Notes: generated by a model from the sequence alone, not told the origin. A stretch of 64,000 nt of DNA from Nitrospirota bacterium (GCA_963721805.1 CAVRJY010000001.1:96001-160000); one strand, 5' to 3'. Numbered from the stretch's first letter, positions 1 to 10,970 are shown. Program-made: numbers and translations.

Positions 1-259
1 CTACCCGGTGCAGGGCCGCGGCGGCAAGGGCGTGATCTCGATCAAGACGACCGAGAAGGGCGGCAAGGCCTTAGGGCTCATAAAGGTTATCGACGACGAC
101 GAGATCGTCCTGATCTCGAACGCCGGGAAGCTCATACGTATGCGCGCCGGGGATATCACGACGCTCGGCCGCAACACGCAGGGCGTCAAGCTCATGTCGA
201 TCTCGGAAGACGAGCGCGTGATGGGCCTGAGCCGCGTGGCCGAACGCATGACCGACTAG
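1..259 (+). CDS. gyrA: DNA gyrase subunit A, C-terminal end (partial)
   Basis: GyrA beta-pinwheel repeats QGRGGKGVISI and LGRNTQGVKLM; the ORF runs in from the window edge. Confidence 0.92.
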   Translation, partial: YPVQGRGGKGVISIKTTEKGGKALGLIKVIDDDEIVLISNAGKLIRMRAGDITTLGRNTQGVKLMSISEDERVMGLSRVAERMTD

Positions 260-284
260 GGGGGCCACTGGCCCCCTTTATTTT
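260..284 (+). terminator. Intrinsic terminator after gyrA (also a copy of the GGGGCC-N3-4-GGCCCC hairpin family)
   Basis: GGGGGCC-ACT-GGCCCCC followed by TTTATTTT. Confidence 0.7.
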
Positions 285-337
285 CTGCATTTGTAACCGG
301 GGTGCGATTAGCACCCCCTTCCACATAGGAGGTTTTT

Positions 338-880
338 ATGCTGCCGATAGGCCCCCTGATGATAGAGCACAGGCTGATCGAGCGGGCCATCGCCCTGATG
401 GTCTCGGAACTCGGGCGCATAGAGGCCACCGGCACGGTCGATACCGGCCGCATCGGCATGATAGTGGATTTCATCAAGACGTACGCGGACCGCTGCCACC
501 ACGGCAAAGAGGAAAACATCCTCTTTAAGGAGCTTGCCACAAAGCCCCTGACCGCCGAGCACAGGGGGATGATGGACGCGCTGACCGCCGAGCACGAGCT
601 CGGCAGGACCGCGACTCGGAGGCTCGTCGCCGCGACCGCGAGCTACGCCGGGGGCGATCCCGAGGCGCTCGCTCAGATCGTCGAGGCGATGGGGCTGATC
701 GTGGAGTTCTACCCGCGCCACATCGAGAAGGAGGACAAGCATTTCTTCATGCCGGTTATGCAGTATTTTTCCGAACAGGAAAAGGCGGATATGCTGAAAC
801 AAGGCTATGCGTTCGACCAGACGCTCATCCACGAAAAGTATAAGAACTTAGTCGAGGTTGCCGAACGAGAGGTTTCCTGA
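338..880 (+). CDS. Hemerythrin-like (HHE cation-binding) domain protein
   Basis: EH, HHGKEE, EHELGR and HIEKED motifs; AGGAGG RBS. Confidence 0.85.
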   Translation: MLPIGPLMIEHRLIERAIALMVSELGRIEATGTVDTGRIGMIVDFIKTYADRCHHGKEENILFKELATKPLTAEHRGMMDALTAEHELGRTATRRLVAATASYAGGDPEALAQIVEAMGLIVEFYPRHIEKEDKHFFMPVMQYFSEQEKADMLKQGYAFDQTLIHEKYKNLVEVAEREVS

Positions 881-964
881 CAGTTGCGCGAAATACGCGG
901 GGGCGACTGCCTCTCTCCAATATACGTTGACAAGGAAAGGGGCTGACTGGCCCCCCCTTCTTTT

Positions 965-3370
965 TTAGAGCTTTGCCAACTCCTCTATATTTTTGATTAC
1001 CTCTTCTGTGGTCTCTCTGAGTTCCTCGCCCATGCGCTTGTACTCGTTTGGGTATTCGTCCTCCATGAAGTGCATCAGCGCGTAGTATACCGGCCTCATC
1101 CTGTCCTTCAGGCCCAGCGCCTCATCATCGAATAAGCCCTTTACATAGTGGTACTGTCCTTTTGCTATCAGGAACTGAATAATTATAGGTGTTTGACTAT
1201 CCTCCAGCGCTTCTTTGTCCCTGAGGTGCTCCTTCAATAATTCGAAAGCTTCTTCAAGCCTGTTGTTCCATATGAATGCAAGAATAAGCGGTATCCTAGA
1301 CATATAGCTAGCCACTGCCGCATACTCCATAAGCGCATACTCAAGCGCCTTTTCTTTTTCCTTTTTCTGTGCCCAGTAAGCGTAAGATAACAGTGAATAT
1401 GCTTTTGGGCTGCCTTTTTCTATAGCCTTGAGGTAATATGGCTCAGCTTCAGCAAACCGGCCCTGCTTAGAGTAGAGGATACCGAGTCTGTTAAAAGCCT
1501 TATCATCTCCTTTTTCTATAGCCTTGAGATAAAAAGTTTCGGCCTCATCAAACCGGCCCTGCACAGAGTAAAGGACTCCGAGGTTGAGAAATGTCTTGTC
1601 AGTCCCCTTTTCTATAGCCTTGAGGTAATAGAACTCGGCCTCATCAAGCCGGCCCTGTTTATGGTAAAGGGCTCCTAGGTTGTTCAACGCCTCATTAACT
1701 CCTGCTTCTATGGCCCTGAGATAATATGTCTCGGCCTTATCAAACCGGCCCTGATCATAGTAAAGAACTGCGAGGGCGTAAGAAGCCTTATCGTTTCCTT
1801 TTTCAATGGACTTGAGGTAGAGTGTTTCTGCCTTTTCAAGATCCCCGAGATTGCTGTACGCAATTCCAAGCCCAGATAAAACAATAGGGAGTTCGTTTAA
1901 CCGGGCATTGTTTTCAAGCAGGCCTATGAATCCCTGAACATCTTTGGCCTCAAGGAGGTCTACTGATTTGTTTAATATCTCAATATCAGATTGCATAAGC
2001 TCTTTGGCAAGGGCCTCATCCTTACTTTTAAGGAACTCCCTTGTTGCGGTGATGAGTTCATGCTGTTCTTTCATGGGAAGTCCCGCGAGCGCAAGGGCTT
2101 CGGTGAAATAATACGCATGCCCGGCATAGAACCCATCGTTTGAAAGCGCCGATATATGGCGGTTGGCTCTCTCTACAAGCTCGTCCTTGCTACACCACTC
2201 TGAGAGGAACTTCACTAGCCACTTCACCCTCTGGTTCTCTACCCCACCCCTCCTCCCAAAACGCATCAAATACCAGATATTAAAAAACCGTTCAGTGATC
2301 ATGTAAAGGTGGTTCTTGGTAGTGGTCTTTATCCTTGTAACCAGACCGCTTCGTAATAACTGATTTAGCTGGGCAGAGACTGCCTTGCTGTCGAGGCGTA
2401 CTTTCTTTGCGATCTCTCCGGTGCTTATGCCGTCCCAGTGCATGGCCATCGCATCGACTATCCTCTGCTGCTGCACCGGTAGGTCGTCCATGCGGTGCTT
2501 GTAAAGAGGGGTGACCCTGTCGAGTACGACTTCAAGATCACGAAACGAGTCGCCGGATGCGTCGTCCGCGAGTATCTCAAAAAGCAGTATCACCGTCCGG
2601 GGGATTCCTCCGGTAAGCCTTCGGAGGGTCTCGATGCGTTCGGGCTGGCGCTCCACTATCTCTTTGACCGCTTCGTTCTTGTAGTTCTCGGCAAGCTTAA
2701 GGAGAAGTTCTGTGGTCTCGGTGCGATTCAGCCCCCTAAGCTGCACCATCTTGAAAAACTCGAAAAACGGCTTTCCGTAGTCATAGGTATGCTCAAGCAT
2801 CCCGGCAGAGGCCCCGACAACGCGGAAGTCCGGCGAGGTAAGCAGTATCTCACGGAACCTGTGCTGCTCGGTCTCGTCTATCCTGTCAAGGACGTCCCCG
2901 ATGTTGTCAATGAACAGCACGAGTTTTTTGCCGTTTGCCCTGAGCGCGGCTTCAAGGATGCCGAAGCACTCCTCGTCATACCGTTCATGCCCGCGTGCTT
3001 CCTCAAAGCGTGCGCCAAGCCCCGCGAATCCATCTGTCTGCGCGAGCTTTTCCGCCGCGCCCTCCCACAGGTCGCAGAGCGAGCCCATGTTATAGTGCTC
3101 CTCAGGGAACATCACCGGGATGAGCCAAGCTTGAAGGCCGGGGCCTCTTTTGATCTCGTGGTAAATGCGCAGGAGGAGCGTGGTCTTTCCGGTGCCCCTC
3201 GCGCCCTGGATAATATAATGCTGCTCTGGGTTTTCCATCTTCGAGCTTTTTATGTCATCGAATATCTGGCGGAATTCTTTCAACCTTATGACAAAGCTGT
3301 TTATCAGTTCCTCTGGCGTCTGGTTGTCGGGGTTGTAGATATGCGCGATCTTAGTTTGCGCAGTTTTCAT
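965..3370 (-). CDS. STAND-like P-loop ATPase with winged HTH and C-terminal TPR/Sel1-like repeats
   Basis: Walker A GARGTGKT, Walker B LVLFIDN, GGIPR motif, HTH-like STGEIAKKVRLDSKAVSAQLNQL, about six 32-aa repeats NLGxLYxxQGRFDEAExYYLKAIEKG; AT-richer than the flanks. Confidence 0.8.
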   Translation of the reverse strand: MKTAQTKIAHIYNPDNQTPEELINSFVIRLKEFRQIFDDIKSSKMENPEQHYIIQGARGTGKTTLLLRIYHEIKRGPGLQAWLIPVMFPEEHYNMGSLCDLWEGAAEKLAQTDGFAGLGARFEEARGHERYDEECFGILEAALRANGKKLVLFIDNIGDVLDRIDETEQHRFREILLTSPDFRVVGASAGMLEHTYDYGKPFFEFFKMVQLRGLNRTETTELLLKLAENYKNEAVKEIVERQPERIETLRRLTGGIPRTVILLFEILADDASGDSFRDLEVVLDRVTPLYKHRMDDLPVQQQRIVDAMAMHWDGISTGEIAKKVRLDSKAVSAQLNQLLRSGLVTRIKTTTKNHLYMITERFFNIWYLMRFGRRGGVENQRVKWLVKFLSEWCSKDELVERANRHISALSNDGFYAGHAYYFTEALALAGLPMKEQHELITATREFLKSKDEALAKELMQSDIEILNKSVDLLEAKDVQGFIGLLENNARLNELPIVLSGLGIAYSNLGDLEKAETLYLKSIEKGNDKASYALAVLYYDQGRFDKAETYYLRAIEAGVNEALNNLGALYHKQGRLDEAEFYYLKAIEKGTDKTFLNLGVLYSVQGRFDEAETFYLKAIEKGDDKAFNRLGILYSKQGRFAEAEPYYLKAIEKGSPKAYSLLSYAYWAQKKEKEKALEYALMEYAAVASYMSRIPLILAFIWNNRLEEAFELLKEHLRDKEALEDSQTPIIIQFLIAKGQYHYVKGLFDDEALGLKDRMRPVYYALMHFMEDEYPNEYKRMGEELRETTEEVIKNIEELAKL

Positions 3371-4520
3371 ACCACCACCTCCTAAGGACCGGGGAGTTGA
3401 AGCGATAGACCTCCGGGCGGTCGTTGTTGTTTATGTATCCGTCGTGGATGAGCACACGCATGACCTGTTTATAATCGTCCCTCAAGTCGTGCTTCACGGC
3501 AAGGTCGAGCACCTCATTAGTAGACAGCGAGTGTTTGCGGGAGATGATGTCAAGAACCTCCTCAGCGAACTTGTATTCAGGGCGGCTCAGGGATTTCTTG
3601 AGCCTGTTCTGCCAGAGGTCGAAGTGATTGCGGTGCTGAAGCATGCCATCGAAGGCCAGATCGACCATCTTTTTGGTGACCTTTGTCGATCTGTCCTCTG
3701 CAGCCAAATCGCCGATCTCCTGCACAAGGGCCTGTAGGTGGAATGGTATCAGCCATTCTATCTTTTTGATCGCATAGCTGATGCTTGGGGCTTCGGCACG
3801 GAGGCCAAGCCCCTCAAGCAGAAGACCAAGCAGAATGGATGCTTCCTTATCTTTTAACGGCGCAACCTTTATGGACGTGAGGTCGGATATAAGGTCGGAG
3901 GCCTCAATGCGGCCTGCGACGTTTTCAAGGCCAACTGAGCCTGTGAACACGAAGAGCAGGTTATCCCTTAGCGCTTCGTCATGCCTGAGTTCCCTGAGCG
4001 CCTGAAGAAAACTCAGCGCCTGCTCTTTTCCGCCGGACCTTACGATATTCTCAACGGTCTGAGTGAATTCGTCAACGAGGATTACAATTTTTCGGCCTTC
4101 AAGAGGCAGTGTGCGCATGGTATTGAAAAATCGTTCCCTGTAGTCAGTGCCTTTGCCCTCTCGAATCTCGACGCCTTTGACGCCTTTTATCCTGTTTAAG
4201 GCCGCGCTTACAAAGTCCCTCGTCTTATGCCCAATCCTTGTGGTTCTAGAGGCAACCGCGTCGTCATCTATGATGGTTTCGTAAAGCCGTCTGTAGAAAT
4301 CGTCTTCGGTCTTGATCGATTGAGTGATGATATATAAGAAATGGAATCCCTCGATATCAGAGTCCACGAGCTTGAAGAGGATAGAGGTCTTGCCTATCCT
4401 TCTTGGCGAAGATATCAGCACATTCGCATCATTCCTTAGTGCTCTTATGATTTTATTCTGCTCTGACGGCCTGTCAAAGTAGTCCTCTCCGCTTACCGCT
4501 TGCCCCACCTTGTTTTTCAT
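3351..4520 (-). CDS. AAA+/archaeal-type ATPase with probable C-terminal winged helix
   Basis: Walker A SPRRIGKTS, Walker B VILVDEF; overlaps the next gene by 20 nt; AGGAG RBS. Confidence 0.8.
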   Translation of the reverse strand: MKNKVGQAVSGEDYFDRPSEQNKIIRALRNDANVLISSPRRIGKTSILFKLVDSDIEGFHFLYIITQSIKTEDDFYRRLYETIIDDDAVASRTTRIGHKTRDFVSAALNRIKGVKGVEIREGKGTDYRERFFNTMRTLPLEGRKIVILVDEFTQTVENIVRSGGKEQALSFLQALRELRHDEALRDNLLFVFTGSVGLENVAGRIEASDLISDLTSIKVAPLKDKEASILLGLLLEGLGLRAEAPSISYAIKKIEWLIPFHLQALVQEIGDLAAEDRSTKVTKKMVDLAFDGMLQHRNHFDLWQNRLKKSLSRPEYKFAEEVLDIISRKHSLSTNEVLDLAVKHDLRDDYKQVMRVLIHDGYINNNDRPEVYRFNSPVLRRWWYENCAN

Positions 4521-4533
4521 CTCCTTAGCCTCC

Positions 4534-4608
4534 TGACAATGAATATATTGTGATCATATCATGGCTATATTATTTTTGTCAACACTAATGACAAGATTTA
4601 TTTTGTTA
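4534..4608 (-). promoter_or_regulatory. Sigma70-type promoter overlapped by three TGACAA-N8-TTGTCA-like palindromic boxes
   Basis: Minus strand TTGACA-N18-TATGAT with extended TG; boxes at 4534-4553, 4562-4581 and 4589-4608. Confidence 0.6.
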
Positions 4609-4714
4609 TTTAAGTGGGCTCGTGGATGCTATTGATGGGGATGGGGAAGCTATCCCTCAAAAAGAAAGAGGGGCCTGTCGGCCCCTCGGAATGATCGTGC
4701 GCTATAACCGACAA

Positions 4715-6307
4715 CTAAGTCTTTATGTTCGCCGTGGTCTGCGACAGCTCTTCCGCGATCTCCGCCAGCTTTTCAACTTCCTGCGCCACGTTGCCGGACA
4801 GCCCTTCCAGCTCGCGCGATATGTTAGATGTGGACTCGATGTTAGAGGCGACCTCAGAGGCGGTGGCCGACTGCTCCTCGACCGCGACCGCGATCTGGTT
4901 GATCTGGTCCTTAACCCTGCTGATCGACTCGACGATTGTATCGAGGACGTTTTTGAGGTTCAGTATATGCCCGGTGGACTTCGTGACGCCCTTTGAGGCC
5001 TCGGCCATCGACTCGGCCGTGCGTGCGGACTCGGACTGCACAGTGCCGATCTCGGCCGAGATCTCGGCCGTGGCCTTGATCGTGCGCTCGGCGAGTTTCC
5101 TGACCTCGTCGGCCACGACCGCGAAGCCGCGGCCCTGGTCCCCGGCGCGCGCGGCCTCGATCGCGGCGTTGAGCGCCAGCAGGTTCGTCTGGTCCGCGAT
5201 GTCCTTGATAACGGTGACGATCTTGCCGATCTCCTGCGCACGTTGGCTCTGCTTCTGGATCATATCGGCGAGCGATACGGTCGAGGCGTTGACCTCCTTG
5301 ATCGTCTCGGCCGAGATGTCCGTGATGTGCTTGCCGCCCTCGGCTATTTCCATGGCCTCGGTCGAGGTCTCGGCGGACTCTGCCGCGTTTCTGGCGATGT
5401 CGATGATCGTCTGGGTCATCTCCTCGGCCGCGGTCGCGATCATGTGCGCCTGGCCGGACTGCTTGCGCGCGCCTTCCAATGTCGCGTCGGCGTGCTCCTT
5501 GACGTTCCTGACCGCGGGCAGTATCCCGGAGGACGCCTCGATGATGCTGTGGAGCATGCGCGAGAAGTGCTTGACGACCAGGTCGACGCTCTGCGACATC
5601 TGCGCGATCTCGTCTTTGCCCTCGATGTGCAGCGAGGTGTCGGTATACCCCTCGCCCACGCGCCTGACCTTCGCGATCAGGGTCTTGATCGGCGCGTGTA
5701 CCAGATGTATGAGCACGGGGACGATCACGGCCATCGCGACCACGCCGAGCAGCCCCAGCAGGGCGAAGAGGTACTGCATCGAGCGTATCCGGGCGAACGA
5801 CTCGCGCAGCGGCAGGCGTATGCTCACCGCGCCGAGCACCGTGCCCTCGCTGACGCTGTGGCACGAGAGGCAGTTCTTGCCCATGAACTTTTCCTTCGCG
5901 ATGTAAGGGTATACGCCGCGTATGGCCTCGCCCTCGATCACGACCTTCTCCTTGCCGCTCTGGATGACGTCCTTCTCTATATCGTCGGAGGCGTAGTCGG
6001 AGGCCTCGCCCCTGCCGAAGTCCTTGTCGAGCACCTCGCTCCTTATCACGCGAAGGTCGACCAGCGTGCGCATCTGATCGACGAACGGGCCCTTGGACTG
6101 CTTCATGTTGCCCGCGATCATCATGGTCGTAAGCGCGTTGAGCACGGTGTCGCGGTATCCGGGGAGCGTGGAGTGCTCGGCCTCGTGCAGGACGATGGCC
6201 TCGGTCTGATATCCGGTGACGAGCGTGGTGACCGTGACGCCGAGCGTGACGAGGATGATGATGGGCACGGCGAGCTTCCACTTGATCGAGATGTCTCTAA
6301 GCCTCAT
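4715..6307 (-). CDS. Methyl-accepting chemotaxis protein with a periplasmic c-type heme motif
   Basis: Two TM segments, [46 protein letters not shown]; start moved to ATG at 6307. Confidence 0.92.
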   Translation of the reverse strand: MRLRDISIKWKLAVPIIILVTLGVTVTTLVTGYQTEAIVLHEAEHSTLPGYRDTVLNALTTMMIAGNMKQSKGPFVDQMRTLVDLRVIRSEVLDKDFGRGEASDYASDDIEKDVIQSGKEKVVIEGEAIRGVYPYIAKEKFMGKNCLSCHSVSEGTVLGAVSIRLPLRESFARIRSMQYLFALLGLLGVVAMAVIVPVLIHLVHAPIKTLIAKVRRVGEGYTDTSLHIEGKDEIAQMSQSVDLVVKHFSRMLHSIIEASSGILPAVRNVKEHADATLEGARKQSGQAHMIATAAEEMTQTIIDIARNAAESAETSTEAMEIAEGGKHITDISAETIKEVNASTVSLADMIQKQSQRAQEIGKIVTVIKDIADQTNLLALNAAIEAARAGDQGRGFAVVADEVRKLAERTIKATAEISAEIGTVQSESARTAESMAEASKGVTKSTGHILNLKNVLDTIVESISRVKDQINQIAVAVEEQSATASEVASNIESTSNISRELEGLSGNVAQEVEKLAEIAEELSQTTANIKT

Positions 6308-6408
6308 GGGACAACCTCTGGCATGACATGTCGAGCCCTCCCCGTGCACTTAGTCTATGCGGGGCGGGGATGCGAAGTCAATGTAAATTTACAGATAGAG
6401 GGTGCGTG

Positions 6409-7533
6409 TTAGTAGAGCGCGTATTCGAGCAGGCGGCACTCTATCGGGCCGTTGTACATCGCGAGCCGCCGCGAGGTGCGCAGCCCCACGCGCTTGCCGA
6501 GTGTTGGATTGCCCGTGAAGACGTAGCCGCGATACCCCGTGCAGCGCTGCTTGAAGAAGTCCCCGATGCGCTTGTACACCGGGCCGAGGGCCTCGGCATC
6601 GCCCATCCGGTGGCCGTATTCCGGGTTCAGGACGACCACCCCTCCGCCTTCGGGGACCGTGGTCTGGTCGAACTCCGAAACGCCGAACTCGATCAGGTGC
6701 TCGACGCCCGCGGTGCGCGCGTTCTGGCGAGCGGCCTCTATCGCGGCCGGGTCGCGGTCGGTCGCGATTATGCGGCCTGTTAGCGTCTTTAAGCTCGCGC
6801 CGCGCGCCTCGTCGCGCATCGTGCGCCATGCGCTGAGGTCGAAGCCCTTGAGGTGCATGAACGCGAAGTTGTCGCGCAGGAGGCCGGAGGGGCGATTCAA
6901 TGCGATCAGCGCGGCCTCGATCGCGAGCGTCCCGCTGCCGGTCATTGGATTGACGAACGCGCCCTCGCCATGCCAGCCGGTGGCCATCACGACGGCCGCC
7001 GCGAGCGTCTCGATCATCGGGGCCTTGAACGGCATCTTCCTATACCCGCGCTTGCTCAGAGGCTCGCCGGAGGTGTCGAGGTATATCGCACAGCCCTCGT
7101 CGCGCCAGTATACGTGCACGACCGCGCCGCGTGAAAGCTCGGGGCCGGAGTCCGGCCGCCTTCCGGTGAGTTCGCGGAACCGGTCGGCGATCGCGTCCTT
7201 GGCCCGCACGTTTACGAACCTTGAATCGCGGATCGAGGGGTGCTCGACCGTGGAGGTAACGCTCACGTACCCGTCAGGGGACATGTGGTCCTCCCACCTG
7301 ATCCCGTGTACGAGGCTGTATAGCTCGTCCGGGCTGTTTATCTCGGCGCGCTTAAGCAGGACGAGCACGCGGTGGCCGGTGCGGAGGGTCAGGTTCAGGC
7401 GCATCACGTCGAGCGCGCCGCCCTGGAGCGTGACCGTGGTCTCGGTCTCGGAGACGACCTCGAGGCCGAGCGAGCGAACCTCGGCCGCTACGTATGGGAC
7501 GAGCCCGCGCGCCGCCGTGATCAGGATGTCCAC
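6409..7533 (-). CDS. THUMP-domain SAM-dependent RNA methyltransferase (RlmL-like)
   Basis: [31 protein letters not shown] and NPEYG motifs. Confidence 0.85.
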   Translation of the reverse strand: MDILITAARGLVPYVAAEVRSLGLEVVSETETTVTLQGGALDVMRLNLTLRTGHRVLVLLKRAEINSPDELYSLVHGIRWEDHMSPDGYVSVTSTVEHPSIRDSRFVNVRAKDAIADRFRELTGRRPDSGPELSRGAVVHVYWRDEGCAIYLDTSGEPLSKRGYRKMPFKAPMIETLAAAVVMATGWHGEGAFVNPMTGSGTLAIEAALIALNRPSGLLRDNFAFMHLKGFDLSAWRTMRDEARGASLKTLTGRIIATDRDPAAIEAARQNARTAGVEHLIEFGVSEFDQTTVPEGGGVVVLNPEYGHRMGDAEALGPVYKRIGDFFKQRCTGYRGYVFTGNPTLGKRVGLRTSRRLAMYNGPIECRLLEYALY

Positions 7534-7611
7534 TATGCCCTTGCCCCGCCTTCCGCAGTTTTGCTAGAGTTACGTGGATATCATAGCGCATTTCCGAAGG
7601 GGGAAACTCAG

Positions 7612-7932
7612 ATGGCTGACGAATTTAGCGGCGTAACGGTGATAAAGAAGGCCAACGTGTATTTTGAGGGCAGGGTGACGAGCCGGACGGTTTTATTCCC
7701 TGACGGGTCGAAAAAGACGCTGGGCATAATGCTGCCGGGCGAGTATGAGTTCGGCACCGCTGACCCGGAGATCATGGAAATCATCTCAGGCGAGCTAGAG
7801 GTGATGTTGCCCGGAGCGATCGCATGGCGCGGGATCAAGGGCGGCGAAACCTTCAACGTCGCGGGGAACTCGAAGTTCCAGCTGCGCGTGAGCGTCGTAA
7901 CGGACTACTGCTGCTCGTTCATCAAGAAATAG
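7612..7932 (+). CDS. ppnP: Pyrimidine/purine nucleoside phosphorylase (DUF1255)
   Basis: [14 protein letters not shown]...[15 protein letters not shown]...YCCSF; start at ATG 7612. Confidence 0.9.
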   Translation: MADEFSGVTVIKKANVYFEGRVTSRTVLFPDGSKKTLGIMLPGEYEFGTADPEIMEIISGELEVMLPGAIAWRGIKGGETFNVAGNSKFQLRVSVVTDYCCSFIKK

Positions 7933-7951
7933 CTTTATCGTACGCCGGTGG

Positions 7952-8110
7952 AAAGCCGCGCGAAACTCGCGTGGGGCCGACTGGCCCTTTCCCTATTCGC
8001 GGTGACGGGCACCGCTCACTCCGGGCGGTCTTCTCGCCCTTCCTTGTCTGACACGATTTCTCGTGCTTTAATGTGGCCCCTGCCTAATCGTGCGAGCGGT
8101 CAACGGCATT
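7952..8110 (-). repeat. Hairpin element family A, copy 1 (mosaic; centre replaced by short hairpins)
   Basis: Reverse complement matches both ends of the copies at 11330-11491 and 51442-51602 (ATGCCGTTGACCGCTCGCACGATTA...AAAGCACGAGAAATCGTGTCAGACAAGG). Confidence 0.75.
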
Positions 8111-8116
8111 GATGAG

Positions 8117-10867
8117 CTAACGCGACTGACGCTTCTTGCCCTTTTTGGGTTTATCCTCGGGCAGAAGCGAGGTGAGCTTTTGATACAACGAAAACAGAAA
8201 TGCTACGCGCTCGGCCTCTGACGCGAATGAGGTCTTGCCATATGCCTTGTCCACCTCGCGGTCGAGCGCCTGATGAGCCTTGCGGAGTTCAGGCGGCATG
8301 GCGATTGGGTCATAGAGGTCAGCTAGTGTCGAGTCAGGGAACTTTAGCCGGGCATCCAAGACTCCTTGCGCGGCCTTTTCTATCGCCTCGCGCTGCTTGT
8401 CCGTAACCTCCGGCCACGGAAAGTTGTTGTAGACTATCCCAGCGGAGTATTGATAGTCGCTCTTAAGCCTCCCGCATACCGAACGAACCCATGCCATATG
8501 CATGGTAGAGGACAAGACGCCAAAGTGAAACGCTTTAGCCCCAGCAATTGTGTATAGTTTGTTTGAGGCAATTGTTGCAGAAGACAAAAAGCCTATGGGG
8601 ATGAATGGGCGATTCACGGATGAGACTTCTGGAACCGCAAGATAATCTGATAAAGGTTGCCGAATTTCTCCAAACAATGTTGGGTTATTCGAAAGCGCTT
8701 GTGTTGTAGCTCTTGTGCTTCTGAGCCTAGCGCGGTTAACAGCTTCAACTCGTTCAACAATAGCGGGCATGGAGCGTAACACATCCGGGGAAATCCCTAT
8801 TAGCCATAAACACCAACGCTCTTTGCTGTTGATAAATTCCTCGCTACCCAAAAGAGGCCGTATCCAGCGCTTAGCATCAGGGTACGCTGAAAGTAATTCA
8901 TCTTTTTCTTGTGTAGAAAGTAAAAGATGCCCTCCATCGTTAGGCATCGAACCGAAAGCCATTCTAAGTTCATTACCACAAATTGGAGCTCGCCTTTTGT
9001 TAAGAAAAACTGATGGAGCATCAACAAGATAGGGATTGATGTTGATTGCATTGATAGCGTGGGGTTCAGATTTTAAAGTCTCGTACTCGAATATCCATTT
9101 TTCGGGCTCATCCTCAAGCGCAAATCCAATAATCACACAATGGACAGCGGCCTTGCCGCGCGCCTCGCTCTGCCACTGAAACGTCCTGTGAGCAAAGTTT
9201 ATCTTTACCCCTGATGCAAAGAGCACTGGCCACAAAATGCCTACCTGTTCACCCTGAGTAATGGAGTTCGTCGATACGAAAGCCGCGCGTATGGCGTGAT
9301 TTCCTCCCATATGAGCAGCGGCCTTCCGATACCAGCATGATACATAATCAAGAACCCCGGCACCTCTCACAGTCCTAAAAATATCATCCATATCCGCCCG
9401 TTGTTCATCAGTCCTATACTGTCTGCCCACAAACGGCGGGTTGCCAACGATATAACTAAGCGCCTCAGGCTTCACGACCTCGCGCCAGTCGATGCGGAGG
9501 GCGTTTCCATTAACGATAGTCGCGGCCTTCTTAAGCGGGAGCCGGACGAAGTACTGCCCGAACTCCTCCGATACGCGCAGGTTCATCTGATGGTCCATGA
9601 GCCACATCGCTACCTGCGCTATCTGGGCCGGGAACTCCTCTAGCTCGATGCCATAGAACTGGTCCACGTCCACGCGGATCATCTCGCCCACGCTCAGGAA
9701 ATCGGCCTTGTCCTTGTGAAGCGCCCTAAGCACCTCAAGCTCAAGCAGGCGGAGTTCCCGGTATGCGATGACGAGGAAGTTTCCGCATCCACATGCGGGG
9801 TCGAGGATGCGGATCGATGCGAGTTTTTTGTGGAACTCAAGGAGGAGCTTTTGGTTCCTTTTTATCCGCTCGAACTCGGCCCGCAAGGAATCAATAAACA
9901 GGGGGTGGAGGGCCTTTAGGATATTCGTCTCGGTCGTGTAGTGAGCGCCGAGGTTGCGGCGGGCCTTCGCGTCCATGATCGACTGAAACAGCGAGCCGAA
10001 GATGGCGGGGCTTATGCGGCTCCAGTCGAGCGCGCAGCACTCAAGCAGGCTATCGCGCATCTTGCTGTCAAATGACGCGAGCGGCAGGGCCTCCTCAAAC
10101 AGCCTGCCGTTGACATATGGGAAAGCGGCGAGCTGCTCGTCGAGGTTCCGCTGGCGCTTCTCGGCCGGCGTGTTTAATACCTGAAAGAACTGGGCCATGT
10201 GCATGCCCAGGTCTGAGCCGTCTTCGGAGGTGCGCTGCTCTATATAGTCCTGAAACTGGCTGCGCTCGAATATCGAGGTGTCATCTGAAAACAGGCAAAA
10301 CAGGAGGCGCACGAGCAGGATCTCAAGGGGGTGGCCCTCGTAGCCCGTGGCCTTGAGGAGGTCGTGCAGGCGGCCAAGCCGCTCGGCGGCCTTTATGTTC
10401 ACGGGGTCTTCCTGCCCGAACGAGCGCGTCTGGTATCCGGCGATAAAACCGAACAGCCGGACGTTCTTGTAAAACTCGGTCAGCGGGAAATTGTGTGTCT
10501 TGTCTTCGTCCAGGTCATATAGCCTAATACGCGCGAAGTCCGAGACGACCACATAACGCGGCAGGTCGCGCTCCTTTAGACCGGAAAAGTAATCAAACGC
10601 CTGACGCTTTGCGCGGTCGAGGTCCTTGTCGCGAGATTTGTGCTCTACCAGCAAAACACCCTTCCAGAGCAGGTCGATAAAACCACCTGCGCCGTCGTCC
10701 TTTTTGACCGGCTTCTCGAAGCTCGCGACCTTTCGGCGGTTGATACCGAAGACATTGAAAAATTCGTTCCAGAAGGTCTGGGCCTCGGCCCCCTCGGATG
10801 TCTCGTCTTCCCATTCCTTCGAGAACGCGAGCGCGCGGCCCTTTATCTCGTTCCAGCTAAGCGGCAT
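8117..10867 (-). CDS. MmeI-family Type IIL/IIG restriction-modification enzyme (endonuclease + N6-adenine MTase + TRD)
   Basis: N-terminal FIDLLWKGVLLVEHKS nuclease motif, LGAHYT, ILDPACGCGNFL, GNPPF, CGRLKSDYQYS...YNNFPWP. Confidence 0.9.
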   Translation of the reverse strand: MPLSWNEIKGRALAFSKEWEDETSEGAEAQTFWNEFFNVFGINRRKVASFEKPVKKDDGAGGFIDLLWKGVLLVEHKSRDKDLDRAKRQAFDYFSGLKERDLPRYVVVSDFARIRLYDLDEDKTHNFPLTEFYKNVRLFGFIAGYQTRSFGQEDPVNIKAAERLGRLHDLLKATGYEGHPLEILLVRLLFCLFSDDTSIFERSQFQDYIEQRTSEDGSDLGMHMAQFFQVLNTPAEKRQRNLDEQLAAFPYVNGRLFEEALPLASFDSKMRDSLLECCALDWSRISPAIFGSLFQSIMDAKARRNLGAHYTTETNILKALHPLFIDSLRAEFERIKRNQKLLLEFHKKLASIRILDPACGCGNFLVIAYRELRLLELEVLRALHKDKADFLSVGEMIRVDVDQFYGIELEEFPAQIAQVAMWLMDHQMNLRVSEEFGQYFVRLPLKKAATIVNGNALRIDWREVVKPEALSYIVGNPPFVGRQYRTDEQRADMDDIFRTVRGAGVLDYVSCWYRKAAAHMGGNHAIRAAFVSTNSITQGEQVGILWPVLFASGVKINFAHRTFQWQSEARGKAAVHCVIIGFALEDEPEKWIFEYETLKSEPHAINAININPYLVDAPSVFLNKRRAPICGNELRMAFGSMPNDGGHLLLSTQEKDELLSAYPDAKRWIRPLLGSEEFINSKERWCLWLIGISPDVLRSMPAIVERVEAVNRARLRSTRATTQALSNNPTLFGEIRQPLSDYLAVPEVSSVNRPFIPIGFLSSATIASNKLYTIAGAKAFHFGVLSSTMHMAWVRSVCGRLKSDYQYSAGIVYNNFPWPEVTDKQREAIEKAAQGVLDARLKFPDSTLADLYDPIAMPPELRKAHQALDREVDKAYGKTSFASEAERVAFLFSLYQKLTSLLPEDKPKKGKKRQSR

Positions 10868-10970
10868 GGGTGGATACCACGGGTTGCGTTGTCATGTCGG
10901 GACAGTTTAACACTCATAGGCGGATGGTTGGAAGACCCCCGGAACCCCCTCCCCGGAACTGTTTCCCCTT

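Noticed and set aside
4725..6412. Long antisense and alternate-frame ORFs over the MCP and many other genes
   Set aside because: Shadow ORFs typical of high-GC codon usage; they overlap well-supported genes.
10941..10966. GGAACCCCCTCC and GGAACTGTTTCC, 14 bp apart, resembling the virion-operon boxes
   Set aside because: Degenerate and not reproduced at the second family B copy; may be chance, though worth including in a motif scan.
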